64,000 nucleotides of DNA from Gammaproteobacteria bacterium (lineage in GTDB: Bacteria; Pseudomonadota; Gammaproteobacteria; GCA-002705445; GCA-002716945): positions 160,001 to 224,000 of the forward strand of contig JAYQJW010000002.1 of the NCBI GenBank assembly GCA_038142325.1, given 5' to 3'. Each line of letters starts with the position of its first letter. Position 1 is the first letter of the stretch. The position numbers and the translations under genes were made by a program. The notes below the pieces were generated by a model, which saw only the letters and a program-made list of their open reading frames with translations, was not told the DNA's origin and made no database searches. Below, piece after piece: positions 43,917 to 56,317 of this stretch.

Positions 43917-44903
43917 ATGTCTAAAATCACTATATTAGTCAATCTTGGAACACCTGATCAACCATTTGAGAATGAGGTACGTATATATCTAAAAGAGTTT
44001 CTGTCAGACAAATATGTTATTAGATTACCAAGAATATTCTGGTTAACTCTTCTAAACCTAGTCATTCTCAGAACCAGACCAAAGAAAAGTGCAGCACTTT
44101 ATAGAAAGGTTTGGACAAACTGGGGATCTCCATTATTGTTTCATACATATGCACAAACCGGCTATCTTAGGATGTTATCTAAAAAGTTGAGCCTAAATCA
44201 CTATTTCGATGCTGCGATGAGATATGGTAATCCTTCAATAGAAAAAATATTATATAAATCTATCAAGAACGGCTATAACGATATAACGATACTACCTATG
44301 TTCCCTCAATATTCTACAACAACAACATTATCTATATTCGAGCTGATAAAGAATATTATTAGGAAAGATGAGGCATTTTTTAAAAATATTCAAATAAATG
44401 CTATAAAAGATTTTCATGATAATAGTCTTTATGTAAAAGCTTGCGCAAAAAAAATTAGCGATTATCAAAAAATAAAAGGTAAACCTGATAAGCTTCTATT
44501 TTCATTCCATGGCATTCCTCAATCTTATATTTGTGATGACGAGCCATATCAAACCCAATGTCTTAGAACAGCAGATTTAATAGCAGAAGAACTAAATATT
44601 TCAAAATCTGATTATGAAGTAGCCTTTCAATCCAGATTTGGTAAAGCAGAGTGGATTAAACCTTATCTTTCATCTAGACTTGAAGCTCTTCCTGCAGAGG
44701 GAATAAAAAATATTCATGTTTTTTGTCCTGGATTTTCATCAGACTGTCTTGAGACAATAGATGAAATCGGAAGAGAGTCAAAGGAAGAGTTTTTCGAGCA
44801 TGGAGGAGATTGTTTTGAGTTCATACCCTGCTTAAATAGTGAACAAATTTTTATAGAAGCATTGATGGATATTAACTCATCCAAAAAAATAAAAATTTTA
44901 TAA
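43917..44903 (+). CDS. hemH: Ferrochelatase
   Basis: NLGTP, YLKEFLSD, MRYGNP, PQYS, FSFHGIP, QSRFG, DCLETIDE. Confidence 0.97.
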   Translation: MSKITILVNLGTPDQPFENEVRIYLKEFLSDKYVIRLPRIFWLTLLNLVILRTRPKKSAALYRKVWTNWGSPLLFHTYAQTGYLRMLSKKLSLNHYFDAAMRYGNPSIEKILYKSIKNGYNDITILPMFPQYSTTTTLSIFELIKNIIRKDEAFFKNIQINAIKDFHDNSLYVKACAKKISDYQKIKGKPDKLLFSFHGIPQSYICDDEPYQTQCLRTADLIAEELNISKSDYEVAFQSRFGKAEWIKPYLSSRLEALPAEGIKNIHVFCPGFSSDCLETIDEIGRESKEEFFEHGGDCFEFIPCLNSEQIFIEALMDINSSKKIKIL

Positions 44904-46153
44904 TTTAAAAACTTTAAGTTTTCTTTTTACAGTTTTGCATTCTAGTTTGGCATATCTTGGAATACCTTTAGAATAGTTTGGATAATCCTCACCTGCTGCT
45001 AAATCACTAATATATTGATAACAGGATTTTGAGATTTCATACCCATTATTTTTTATAAAACTTTTAGGAAGTTTTTTTCTACATTTGCAACTTTACTTAG
45101 AGGTGTATGTGCAATTGTCCATTTAAACTTATTTTTAATTGAATTATTTTTAACGGTCAACATCACATCAGTTATTCCTTTTTTCGCATATATAATTCCA
45201 GATTTTCCCAGCATGTATGCTTGATCAACATCCACTTTAGAAGATATGTGCCTTGCGGATCTTTGAAGGTAATCTGATACAGCCCAATGAACCTTGTATT
45301 TAAGTTTAGATGTAATAAGACTGGATAATACTGGAGCTACACCACCTAATTGAGCATGTCCAAAGCTATCTTTAAGCCCACTATCACTCAAAAATCTGCC
45401 TTTATTTTTGATACCCTCTGATGCAACAATCACGCAATACCCATATTTTTTTATAGTGTTTTTTACTTTATCTAAAAAATCTTTCTGCTTAAATTCTATT
45501 TCCGGAAACAATATAAGATGTGGTGGATCAGATGGCTTTTCTTTTATGATTCCTGCAGATGCTGCTAGCCATCCTGCATGCCTACCCATAACTTCAAGTA
45601 TAAAGACCTTTGTTGATGTCTCAGACATCGATTTAACATCTAGTGATGCCTCTAGAGTTGATGTAGCGATGTATTTAGCTACAGAGCCAAAGCCAGGGCA
45701 ACAATGCGTAATCGGTAAATCATTATCAATAGTTTTGGGTAAACCAATACAAGTGATTGGATATTTTTTTAATTTAAAATATTTACTGATTTTATTAGTC
45801 GTATCTTGTGAGTCACCACCACCATTATAGAAAAAATAATTTATGTCATATGCTTTAAAAACTTCATATATTCTTTGAAATTCTCTTTCAGACTTTTCAA
45901 AATCTTTGAGTTTTAAACGACAAGAACCAAAAGCCCCTCCTGGTGTATGTTTAAGTAATTTTAATTCAGACCTACTTTCTTTTGAAATATCAATGAGCTC
46001 TTCTCTAAGTGCACCTAAAATGCCATTCTTACCAGCATAAAATTTATTAAAATACTTTCTGTTTTCAAAATATGCATCTATCAATCCTGATGCAGTTGCA
46101 TTTATAACTGGTGTAACTCCACCAGATTGTGCATAAAAAATATTTCCCTTCAT
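44898..46153 (-). CDS. pfp: Pyrophosphate-dependent 6-phosphofructokinase; frameshift near 45072
   Basis: QSGGVTPVIN, NGGGDS and PKTIDND (Asp and Lys signatures of PPi use), EVMGRHAGW. Confidence 0.85.
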
Positions 46154-46154
46154 A

Positions 46155-47638
46155 TCACTCAACTATTTTAATAAGACTGCCAATCACCGGTTCTCCTTTA
46201 GGATAGTGCCCATTTAGAAGTCTAAGTTTACCTTCAGCATATCTACCAAGAGGACTATTACTGGCTAAATTTTGATATGACATACCGTCTCTAAATCTGA
46301 TAACTTTCACTCTTAGTCCCTTTGAATTTTCAATTTCTTTCTTACTCATTTTATCAAAAGTATCATCAATGACTTTGGATTTATTGTCATTAGATATATC
46401 ATCTAATTTTTTGATAAAAATCCAAGCTTTAGGTTTTTTGTTTTCATCATTAATATCAAAAAAAACTGTGTATCTTGTAAAACTCTTTTCTGTCATAGAT
46501 TTAGTTTCATATAAGTAGGAATATCCTTGCATCGAACCATTATTAAGTGATTTTTGTTCCATAAGAGAATTCCTTGATAAGAAAGTAGATTTATTGATGT
46601 TTTGATCAAGATATTCTTTCGGAGTAAGACCATTCTCTATGTCATCTCTTAGTAAATTGTCTGATATCATTACTATTTCAGAATCATTATTTTTTATAAT
46701 TAATTTATCTGGAAGATTATCCAACGACCATCCTTCAGGAAATGTAAACTTTATTGCATAAAACGGATGATAGAAAACATTATATCTTACAAAACCTTCT
46801 TCATCACTAGTACCATAAGGTAAGCCATCAATCATTTTTAAAAACTCATCTTTATTTTTTTTACCTGTACGATTTTCTGTTGAGTTCATCGCTTCAATTC
46901 TATTTTCAGTTGAAGGATGTGTTGAAAATATACTATGATAGCCAGCACTAGCAGGTCGCCCTTCTTTTTTTGCAATTTCGTTTTCAAGTTCATCAGCACT
47001 CTTCATAACTTTCAAAAACTCTGCCATTGCATACTGATTGTAGCCATTGCGACCTAGATATTCTTTTGCTATGTCATCAGCCTCTGATTCATATTTTCGG
47101 CTATAACCTTTATTAACAATCTGATTAAGTAAATTAAATCCACTATTTGAGATAGAGCCACCAGGAACTTTGGATGCGGCTAAGCCAATTAGCAAATTAG
47201 TAACTTGCGCAGTACTCATACCTCTCACCGCATGTCTAGCTGTTATATGTGCTATTTCATGACTTAATACAGCAGCTAATTGAGCTTCAGTATTAAAGTG
47301 TGCCAATAGTCCTCTGTAAAAGTAAACATAACCTCCTGGTGTGGCAAATGCATTAAAGGTTGGATTGTCAATGATGGTAAATTTCCAATCAAGATCAGGT
47401 CTATGACTTGATTTAGCAATCTCTTCCCCTAGTTTGACAAAATATTTATTAAGTTCTTTATTATCCAAAACCTTATTTGTTTTAAGTATTTCCTTATGAT
47501 ACGCACGACCCATTTCAATTTCTTGTTGTTCTGTGATAGTGACAAAATCAGGCATACCAGAGACCGGTTTTTTGCACATGATGATATCAATAGCAAAATA
47601 AAAGAGAACTGTATTAATTTATTAGATAGATTGAGCAT
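46155..47638 (-). CDS. M48 family metalloprotease lipoprotein; frameshift near 47570
   Basis: Lipobox LISSC, NAFATPGG, HEIAH, YSRKYESEAD, STHP. Confidence 0.9.
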
Positions 47639-48224
47639 ATGTTGAGAAAAAATCAGAAAATTTTAATAAAGCTTTACCTCGATGACTAATTTTATGTTTA
47701 TCTTCCGAGCTTAATTCTGCTGACGTCATGTTTTTATCAGGCAGGTAAAATACTGAATCATAACCAAAACCGTTTGAACCCTTCTCTTCTTTATTAATTC
47801 TTCCACACCAACTGTCTTGTGCAATAAATGGAAATGGGTCTTCACTGTTTTTCATAAAGACAATGACACATCTATAGCATGCACCTCTATCATCATCAGG
47901 GACATCTTTAAGCTCTTCAAGTAGTTTTATATTATTCTCCTTGTTAGATGCACCAATACCAGCATATCTCGCTGACCATACTCCTGGTCTTCCATTTAAA
48001 TAGTCAACTTCTATTCCTGAATCATCTGCTATAGAAGGTAGATTTGTTGCTCTTGCAGCACTCTTTGCTTTCAAAATAGCATTTTCGACAAACGTAGTTC
48101 CAGTTTCCTCGACATCTGGAATATCAATATCATTGCAACTCAGCAACTCAACATCCAAACCAGACAATATTTGTCTAAATTCAGATATTTTCCCAGGATT
48201 TTTCGTTGCTAAAAAAATTTTCAT
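47622..48224 (-). CDS. rdgB: dITP/XTP pyrophosphatase (Ham1 family)
   Basis: ATKNPGK, ETGTTFVENA, ADDSG, PGVWSARY, GFGYD, SHRGKAL. Confidence 0.96.
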   Translation of the reverse strand: MKIFLATKNPGKISEFRQILSGLDVELLSCNDIDIPDVEETGTTFVENAILKAKSAARATNLPSIADDSGIEVDYLNGRPGVWSARYAGIGASNKENNIKLLEELKDVPDDDRGACYRCVIVFMKNSEDPFPFIAQDSWCGRINKEEKGSNGFGYDSVFYLPDKNMTSAELSSEDKHKISHRGKALLKFSDFFSTYAQSI

Positions 48225-48282
48225 AAAACTATAAAGAGATATATTTGTTATACTATTGTAGTCTAAATAAGAAATTAAAAAA

Positions 48283-48766
48283 ATGAGCAATAAACACATA
48301 AACCAATTAGGAAATCTACACATGATTGATATCAGTAATAAAAGCATAACTGAGAGGCTGGCTAGCGCATCAGGCATAATTAAGCTTAACAGTGACGCAT
48401 TTTCATCAATTATAAACCTGGATAATAAGAAAGGTGATGTTTTGAATACTGCTAGAATTGCTGGGATTAATGCAGCGAAACAAACATCGAACCCTTATTC
48501 CTCTTGCTCATAATATTTCGATAAATTCAGTAGAAGTTGATTTTGAATTAAATGAAGTATCAAGAGAAATATATTCTACTGTAACTGTAAAATCAGAGGG
48601 TAAAACAGGCGTAGAAATAGAAGCATTGACTGCAGTTCAAATATCCTTAATGACAATCTATGACATGTGTAAATATCTAGATAGAGCTATGGAGATAACT
48701 AAAGTAAGACTTCTCACCAAAACGGGTGGAAAGTCAGGTGACTATAGTTTTAATAAAAATGATTAA
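48283..48766 (+). CDS. moaC: Cyclic pyranopterin monophosphate synthase; frameshift near 48490
   Basis: MIDIS.K, KKGDVL.TARIAGI.AAK.T, LIPLAH, TGVEIEAL, YDMCK, KTGGKSG. Confidence 0.95.
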
Positions 48767-49557
48767 AAAAATATCATATTTTGTTATAACGATAATCATT
48801 GGATTCATTTTTTATTTTTCTTTTTTATTTGATATTAATGATTATAAAAAAGATTTAGAGAGTTTTGTTTCTAAAAAAGCCAATATTGAATTTGAAATTC
48901 GAGGTAATTTAAATCTTGATCTAGGTATTAATACAAAAATTAATGCAGAATCATTGTCCGTGAAGAAAAATAACATCCTGCTGTTGGAATCTAATAGTTT
49001 TAGTGCAATTGTCTCCTTAGGACATATTATTCGAGGAAGGTTTGATATTGATTCAATAAGCATGACTAATTCCAAACTTTATGGAATCAATATCGATGAA
49101 TCAATTGTAAAAACATATAATGCGTTAAAGGGAACTTCATACAATATAAAAAACAATAATTATTCAGCCATCAGTACTATCGAAGCTAAGGGTTATTATG
49201 AAAATGAATTATTAAACATTAAAGACATAAAAATATCTACTGATCTTTTAACTGCTAGTGGATTTGGAAGTATTAAGCCGTCAACACAAAGTTTAAATAT
49301 ATCAGCTGTATCATATATTGATGATGATGATTCAATTAAAAATAAATACGGGAAATATTTCCCAAAATATCTATCGAAAACAGAAATCCCAATGCTTATA
49401 TTTGGCACACTATAATAGTCCTGAAATCGATATAAAAATATCAGATGTTATTGCAAAAAAAATTAAAGAAGAAGTAAAAAATAAAGCTATAAAATCGATT
49501 AAAGAGAAAATAAAAGAAAAAATTCAATCAGACATAAATATTAAGCTTCCTTTCTAA
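48759..49557 (+). CDS. Short AsmA-family protein; frameshift near 49405
   Basis: N-terminal TM followed by FDINDYKKDLE..IRGNL; C-terminal IPMLIFG..SPEI; position upstream of mutY. Confidence 0.6.
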
Positions 49558-49559
49558 GG

Positions 49560-50564
49560 ATGACATCTAAGTTTTCAGAAAACATATTAAAGTGGTATAA
49601 AGTCCATGGTAGAAAAGATTTACCTTGGAAGGTGAATGATCCTTATAAGATATGGATATCTGAAATAATGTTGCAACAAACTCAAGTTAGCACGGTAATT
49701 CCATACTATAAAAAATTTGTAAAAAAATATCCAAGTTTAGAGAGTTTATCAAAAGCAAATTATGATGATCTGATGTTATTGTGGAGTGGTTTGGGATACT
49801 ACAGAAGAATAAAAAATATTTTTCTTGCATCAAAGCTAATATCGGAGAAGTTTCATAATAAATTTCCACAAAATTATGATGATATTATCGACTTCCCGGC
49901 ATAGGAAGAACAACTGCATCAGCTATATCTACTTTTTCTGGATTCTCTAATAGAGCCATACTTGATGGAAATGTAAAAAGAATACTTCGTAGATTTTTTG
50001 ATCTCTCATCTGATGACAGTGCAATTAACAAAAAAAAGTTATGGATAAAATCTGAATCTGTCACACCAGTAAAAAAAACATCAGAATTTATACAAGGTAT
50101 GATGGATATTGGATCTTCCATATGTACAAGGAATAATCCTAAATGTAACATTTGTCCATTAACAAAAACTTAATTGTTTATATAATCCAAAAATTTCAAA
50201 TCTTCCAAATTCTAAAAATACAAATATAAATATTACTATGTATTTATTAATTATTATTAACTCTAAAAATATGATTTATCTTAAGAAAATAATTTCAGGT
50301 AAACTTTGGTTAGATTTATATGCTGGTCCATTATTTGAATCAGAGAAAGATATGTTTAATTGGAAAAATCAAAATATTAATAAATTTAAGCCAAATCATA
50401 ATTTTCAAATTATTCACAAAGTTACTAATAAGAAAATAATATTTAAATCCACCGTTTATCATTTGAAAAACGATAAAAGTATTAGTTTATCAAGTGAGAA
50501 TTGGTATAATCTACCAAACATAAATGTTGGTATCCCAAAGTTTATGGTAAAAAGTAATAGATAA
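49560..50564 (+). CDS. mutY: A/G-specific adenine glycosylase; several frameshifts
   Basis: [52 protein letters not shown]. Confidence 0.93.
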
Positions 50565-50578
50565 ATATAGGTCAGAAT

Positions 50579-50845
50579 ATGAAAAAAATCATGTGTAAAA
50601 AACTCAATAAAGAGTGCGAGGCTTTAGATTATTTACCATATCCTGGTGAGCTAGGAAAAAGAATTCAAGAAAATATATCTAAAGAAGGTTGGGAGCAATG
50701 GGTTAATCATCAAACTATGTTAATCAACGAGATGAGGTTAACACCAGTTGATCCTAAGGCAAGAAAATTTTTAGAAGAAGAAATGGAGAAATTCTTCTTT
50801 GGAGATGGATCGCAAACTCCTCAAGGTTTTGTGCCAGAAAAATAA
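50579..50845 (+). CDS. yggX: Fe(II)-trafficking / oxidative damage protection protein
   Basis: [24 protein letters not shown]. Confidence 0.96.
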   Translation: MKKIMCKKLNKECEALDYLPYPGELGKRIQENISKEGWEQWVNHQTMLINEMRLTPVDPKARKFLEEEMEKFFFGDGSQTPQGFVPEK

Positions 50846-50850
50846 CATAT

Positions 50851-50923
50851 GGCCAGGTAGCTCAGTCGGTAGAGCAGTGGACTGAAAATCCTCGTGTCGG
50901 CAGTTCGATTCTGTCCCTGGCCA
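50851..50923 (+). tRNA. tRNA-Phe(GAA); followed by CAA, not CCA
   Basis: GGCCAGG TA GCTC AGTCGGTA GAGC A GTGGA CTGAAAA TCCTC GTGTC GGCAG TTCGATT CTGTC CCTGGCC A. Confidence 0.96.
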
Positions 50924-50929
50924 CAAGAA

Positions 50930-52468
50930 ATGAAAAAAAATAAAAAAAAGAACTACTGACAAAAAGCTTTAGAGAGCATCATTCTGGAAATTTAGATGTT
51001 GCTGACAAATTTATACAAATGATTCTTGAGAATGATAAATTGGATTTTGATGCAAATCATTTACACGGGACAGTTCTATCTCAAAATAAAAAATATGCTG
51101 AAGCAATAAAATTTTTTTCCATTGCTTATGAATCCAAACAGGTAACATGCGAATTATTGAATAATTATGCAATTGCACTAAGGAATTTAAAGCTTTCACT
51201 GAATGTGAAAAAATATTAAAAGAATCAATAATCACTTGATCAAAATGTTTCCTAACTCAGTTATTTGAATTTATCTAATTGTTATATTTCACAAGAAAAA
51301 AATTAGATGAGGCAATTGATACACTGTTAGAGATCTATTAATCTAGGTATTAATACTAACAAGTTGTAGAGTTGATATAGTGTCAATTTTTTATTAAATT
51401 ATCAAAATAATTACAATAAAAGCTGATTTTATTAATCTTAAAAGATAATCTGAAAATTCTTCACTAAAGATGATCCTAACCACTATTATCAAATGTGCTT
51501 TAATATTTTTCATAATATTAATGACAGAGATGGAAAATCATTAAAACTTTTCAAGCAATCTGAGAAAAATTTTTTCAGATTCAGTTCCATCAGTAACTAT
51601 GTATTAAAAATATTTCAAATAAAAATATCATTAAAACTTTGTTAAACATGAGTATGAACAAATAAGACATATTGATTCTGATGATGGATGGAATAAGAAA
51701 TATGAAAATTACTCAAGCCTTTTATGATAAATTAGAAAAACTAGCAAATATAGAACCAGATGTTTACTCTGATAATGATTATGAATTTATTTCAGACTTA
51801 CATAGAGTTAAATACAATAAACCACCATTAGTTCAAAGGAAATATTTGAATGAAGGTTTAACAAAAATCATATAGAAAAAGAGTATTGTTCATCTAATCC
51901 AGAAGTTGTAATAATTGATAACTTTCTTAACAGATGATTTTCTTAATGAACTTCAAGTTTTTTTCAGATGTTCTAATATATTTAAATATCCTTATTCAAG
52001 AGGATATATTGGTGCATTTCTTGGAAAAGGAATGGCAAATAAAGCTATATTAGAGTTTAGTCATGAACTAAAAAAATCATTTCCAAAAATATTTAAAAAT
52101 TATTATTTATCTCAAGCTTGGGCCTTTAAATATGATTCAAAACAAGAAGGTATTGGTATACATGCAGATGATGCAAAGTAAATGTCAACTTTTGGATAAC
52201 AGATGATTCTATCAAAAATATAAATAATGGAGGATTGATTATATGGAAAAAACAACCTAAATTTGATGCGAGTTTTAAAGATTTTAATTCTATTAAATCT
52301 ATGGATAAAATGAGCAAGGAAGTCAAAAATAGCGATTATATAAAAGTGCAATATAAATCTAATAGAGTAGTTATATTCAATTCAAAACTTTATCATGTTA
52401 CAGATAAAATTGATTTTAAAGATAACTATAAAGATCGAAGGGTAAATGTAACATTTCTTTATAAATGA
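50930..52468 (+). CDS. TPR-repeat protein with C-terminal 2OG-Fe(II) oxygenase-like domain; many indels
   Basis: Stitched frames give N-terminal TPRs (DANHLHGTVL, LLNNYAIALR), then QAWAFKYD..GIGIHADD, VNVNFWIT, GGL, NRVVIFNSKLYHVT, RRVNVTFLY. Confidence 0.7.
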
Positions 52469-52481
52469 AAAGTTAAAGAAA

Positions 52482-52510
52482 TTGATAAAGAATGTTTAAA
52501 CCAATATAAT
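52482..52510 (+). promoter_or_regulatory. Sigma70-type promoter of hspQ (leaderless geometry)
   Basis: TTGATA-N17-TATAAT; ATG 6 nt downstream. Confidence 0.6.
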
Positions 52511-52516
52511 AAATAT

Positions 52517-52845
52517 ATGTCAGATTTTCTTCCAAAAATGCTAAATTTAGTCTTGGTCAAATCGTATATCACTCAAAATTTAAATACAGAGGTGTAATAG
52601 TAGATGCTGATCCAAATTTTCAAGGCACTGATGAGTGGTATGAGTCTGTTGCTAAATCTAAACCCGATAAAAATAAACCTTGGTATCATGTTTTGGTACA
52701 CGGTCAAGGAAATGAAACTTATGTAGCAGAGAGCAATCTTACATCTGATGATAATATTGATCCTGTTGACCATCCTTTTGTAGATATATTCTTTTATGAA
52801 TATGACAACAGCGGTCAGTATTCACTTAAACAAACTTTTAATTAA
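52517..52845 (+). CDS. hspQ: HspQ/YccV family protein; frameshift near start, absent from ORF track
   Basis: AKFSLGQIVYHSKFKYRGVIVDADP..WYE..PWYHVLV..TYVAESNL..HP. Confidence 0.9.
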
Positions 52846-52847
52846 GA

Positions 52848-53292
52848 TTGAATCTTTTCAAAAAACTTTTTCCTTCTGTTAGATGATGATGTTGCCGATG
52901 CTAAATCTGATACAGACCAACTTCAGATAGCAACTTGTTTATTACTTATTGAAGTCTCTAAAAGCGATGATGAATTTACGAGAGACGAAGAAGAGAAAAT
53001 TAAATCATTGCTCAAAAATAAATTTGAAATTCCAAATAACGAACTTGAAGATATATTTGACTTATATAATGCAAAGCATGACGCTATGACTTCTCTATAT
53101 GAATGTACGGAGATTATAAATAAAGAATGTAGTTATGACCAAAAATTAAAAATTATTGATTATATGTGGGATATTGCATTCACTGATTCAAAAATAGATA
53201 AATATGAAGATTATACTATAAGAAAAGTATCAGAACTTATTTATGTAAAGCACAAAGACTTTATTTCTCTCAAAAATAATAGAACTACCTAA
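52848..53292 (+). CDS. TerB-family protein; frameshifted 5' part
   Basis: LLIEVSKSDDEF..E, ..KIIDYMWDIAFTDSKIDKYEDYTIRKVSELIYV.H. Confidence 0.8.
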
Positions 53293-53876
53293 TTTTAAAA
53301 ATAGCAGATGTTCCAAATAGGTTACTCATAGAACTGGTTGTAATATTTAACCCTTGACTGTTGTTTATAACCTCATCAACTATTTGAAATTTATTTTTAT
53401 AACACATTTTTTTGAAATCATTTATTGTGCATAAATGAATATTAGGAGTTGAGTGCCAACTGTATGGCAAATTATCAGTTACCGGCATTTCACCTTTCAA
53501 TAATAGATACAATCTTGATTTCCAGTATCCCATATTAGGAAATGAAATTATTGCTTCATTTCCTACTCTAAGCATTTCTTTGATTAATGAAACGGGATTA
53601 TCTACTACTTGGAGTGATTGAGCTAAAACAACATAATCAAACTTATTACTAGAGAAATACTTAAGATTCTCATTTATATTCTGTATTAATTATATTAATA
53701 CCGTTATCAAAAGATTTGATGATTTTCTCCATGGAGTTATCAATTCCATAACCAGTAACATTTCTTTTTTCATTTAATAATTTCAGTAAACTGCCATCTC
53801 CACACCCTAGATCTAGAATTCTAGAATTTGGTTTAATCCACTCAGAAATTATGTCAAAGTCTTTTCTAGCAACCAC
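53285..53876 (-). CDS. metW: Methionine biosynthesis protein MetW; frameshift near 53680
   Basis: [38 protein letters not shown]. Confidence 0.94.
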
Positions 53877-54970
53877 AATTTGTCTCTATATATGTTCTCA
53901 TTATTTCAAAATAGTTATCATTTTTCATCAGAAATGCGTCATGCCCACCATCTGAATTAATGCAGGCATATGAAACATCTTTATCATACTTAATAAGAGT
54001 TTTTACTATTTCTTCTGATCTATTAGGTGGAAACCTCCAGTCTGAAGTGAAGGATAATATTAAAAACTTAGATTGTGAGTTTTTTATTTTTTCAGCAAAG
54101 TTTTTGTCGCTTAATGGATCAAAATAATCCAAAGCTTTTGTCATTAATAAATAAGTGTTTGCGTCAAAAGTATCTACAAATTTTTCTCCTTGATATCTTA
54201 GGTAGCTCTCAATTTGAAATTCAACATCAAAGTTGTAATTTATCTTATCGGTCTTTAAATCTCTGCCAAACTTTTCAGCCATGGATTTGTCGGACAAGTA
54301 CGTAATGTGTCCAAGCATCCTGGCTAATGCAAGACCTCTTTTAGGAAACTTATCATTCTTAATGTATTCTCCATTACACCAATCAGGGTCACTTGTAATG
54401 GCTTGTCGAGCAACCTCGTTAAATGCAATATTTTGAGCAGTTAACTTCGGTGATGCAGCGATTATAATTGGGAAAGCAACATTTTCTGGATAGTCTAATG
54501 CCCATTGAAAAGCCTGCATACCACCAAGACTACCACCAATGATAAATTGCCATTTACTTATATTTAGAATTTCCATTAGTATTTTTTGACTATTAACCCA
54601 ATCCTTTACGGTTACTATTGGAAATTTAAAGCCATAGGGCTCCTTTGTTTCAGTGTTTATACTAGTTGGACCAGTTGATCCATGGCATCCTCCAAGATTA
54701 TTTATGCATACAACATAATACTTGTCAGTATTTATAGGTTTACCCGGTCCAATCATGTTGTCCCACCATCCAGGTTTTTTCTCATCTTTCGTAATATCCA
54801 GCAACATGGTGACTTCCTGATAGTGCATGACATATCAAAATAGCATTACTTCCCTGATCATTTAGCTTGCCATGGGTCTCATAGACTAGATCATATGATT
54901 TCAATGTTTGACCACAACTTAATTTTAATGGCTGATCAATATGTACTTTTTTTTCTTTAATGTAATTCAA
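53866..54970 (-). CDS. metX: Homoserine O-acyltransferase; frameshift near 54795
   Basis: [40 protein letters not shown]. Confidence 0.95.
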
Positions 54971-54971
54971 T

Positions 54972-55521
54972 TTATAGGATACTCGCGAGATTAAATATTC
55001 TAGGTAAGAATATTATTTCTATTAGCTGTAAAAAAATCAGAATAATCACAGGTGAGAAATCTATTCCTGATAGTGTAGGTACAGCACTTCTAACAAATCT
55101 ATACAAGGGTTCACATAGTTCATCAATAAGTGAGAATATTGGATGATTAACAAAAACATTAAACCAACTCTTCACAGCTGATATTATTATCAAATACCAA
55201 TAAATCATTACTATGTCTTTTATAAGATAACCAAAAGGAGACAATTAAGAGACTATTGATTGGATAGATTTGGCTATTAATCGTGAGACGTACATATAAT
55301 TTTATAAATGTGAAGAGATATAATAGTATTAGTAAGAAATATGTATTTGCTCTAAGCCCCAGCATATTAAATGGTATCAAGAAATAATCGCTTAACTTCA
55401 CAACCGTTTGGGTGACAGGATTATAATAGCTTACATCCATTGCTTGACATATAAATCTTAATAAAATTATAAATTGAAGAGCGCTTAGAAACAGATAAAT
55501 TATAGGAGTAATTTGCGACAT
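54972..55521 (-). CDS. yggT: YggT family membrane protein; frameshift near 55240
   Basis: LLRF..YYNPVTQ, SWF..HP, EPLY, GIDFSP; follows proC. Confidence 0.9.
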
Positions 55522-56317
55522 TATTTTTTCAGAATATTTTTTGATTTATCATAAGCGCTTTTAATTGCAAGTAATACCTTTTCTTGAACTTTATCATTCT
55601 TTAATTTTAATAATGCTGCTTCTGTGGTCCCTCCTTTTGATGCAATAGACTTAATCAAATTCTTAGTATTAGGAGAGTCTTTCAGTAGATTACTAGTTTC
55701 TGATATCAAATTATCAGCGTATGTTATTGAGTCTCTTCTACTAAAACCCAATTTCATAAATGATTTTGTAATTATATCATTGAAATATACATAATATGCT
55801 GGACCACTACCATAAAGCGCTGTAAGTATATCCAGCTGATCTTCACTTTTACACTTTTTAATTTTCGAAAATGTCTTAAAAAAACCTTCTGCCTTCATTG
55901 CGCTTTTATTAATCGATATTTTATTGTAATAAAATATAATAGCCTCACCGTTACTAACGGTTAGATTTGTCATCGCTCTTATAATATTAAAATTAGTGCT
56001 TAAGTTATCTTGAATTTGTTTGATAGATATTCCAGCCATAAAGCTTATGATTATAGTTTTTTTGTTTAAGAGTTTATCAATCGATTTAATGAGCTTAATA
56101 TATTCTTTTGGTTTTACTAACAGAAGTATAAAATCAGATTTAGAAATAGAGTCTGTGAAAGCAGTTCTAAATGAGACTCCATATTTTTTTAGCCCAATTC
56201 TTTTTTCTTATCTACATCAATCACATCAATATTATGACTAGCATCAGATAAATACATTCCATTAAGAATCGAACGCGTTAAGTTTCCAGCCCCAAAGATA
56301 GTGATATGATTTTTCAT
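55521..56317 (-). CDS. proC: Pyrroline-5-carboxylate reductase; frameshift near 56200
   Basis: IFGAGNL, LVKP, MAGI, RAMTN, TALYGSGPAY, SKGGTTEA. Confidence 0.93.

Noticed and set aside
50877-50893. U-U mismatch in the tRNA-Phe anticodon stem (GTGGA/TCCTC)
   Set aside because: One base next to the most error-rich part of the window; cannot be separated from sequencing error.
50900-53292. Integrative element at the tRNA-Phe 3' end
   Set aside because: No integrase and no duplicated tRNA 3' end (attR) seen; hspQ, a terB-like gene and metW follow directly.
52848-53292. Tellurite-resistance (ter) operon
   Set aside because: Only a solitary TerB-fold gene; no terC, terD or terZ.
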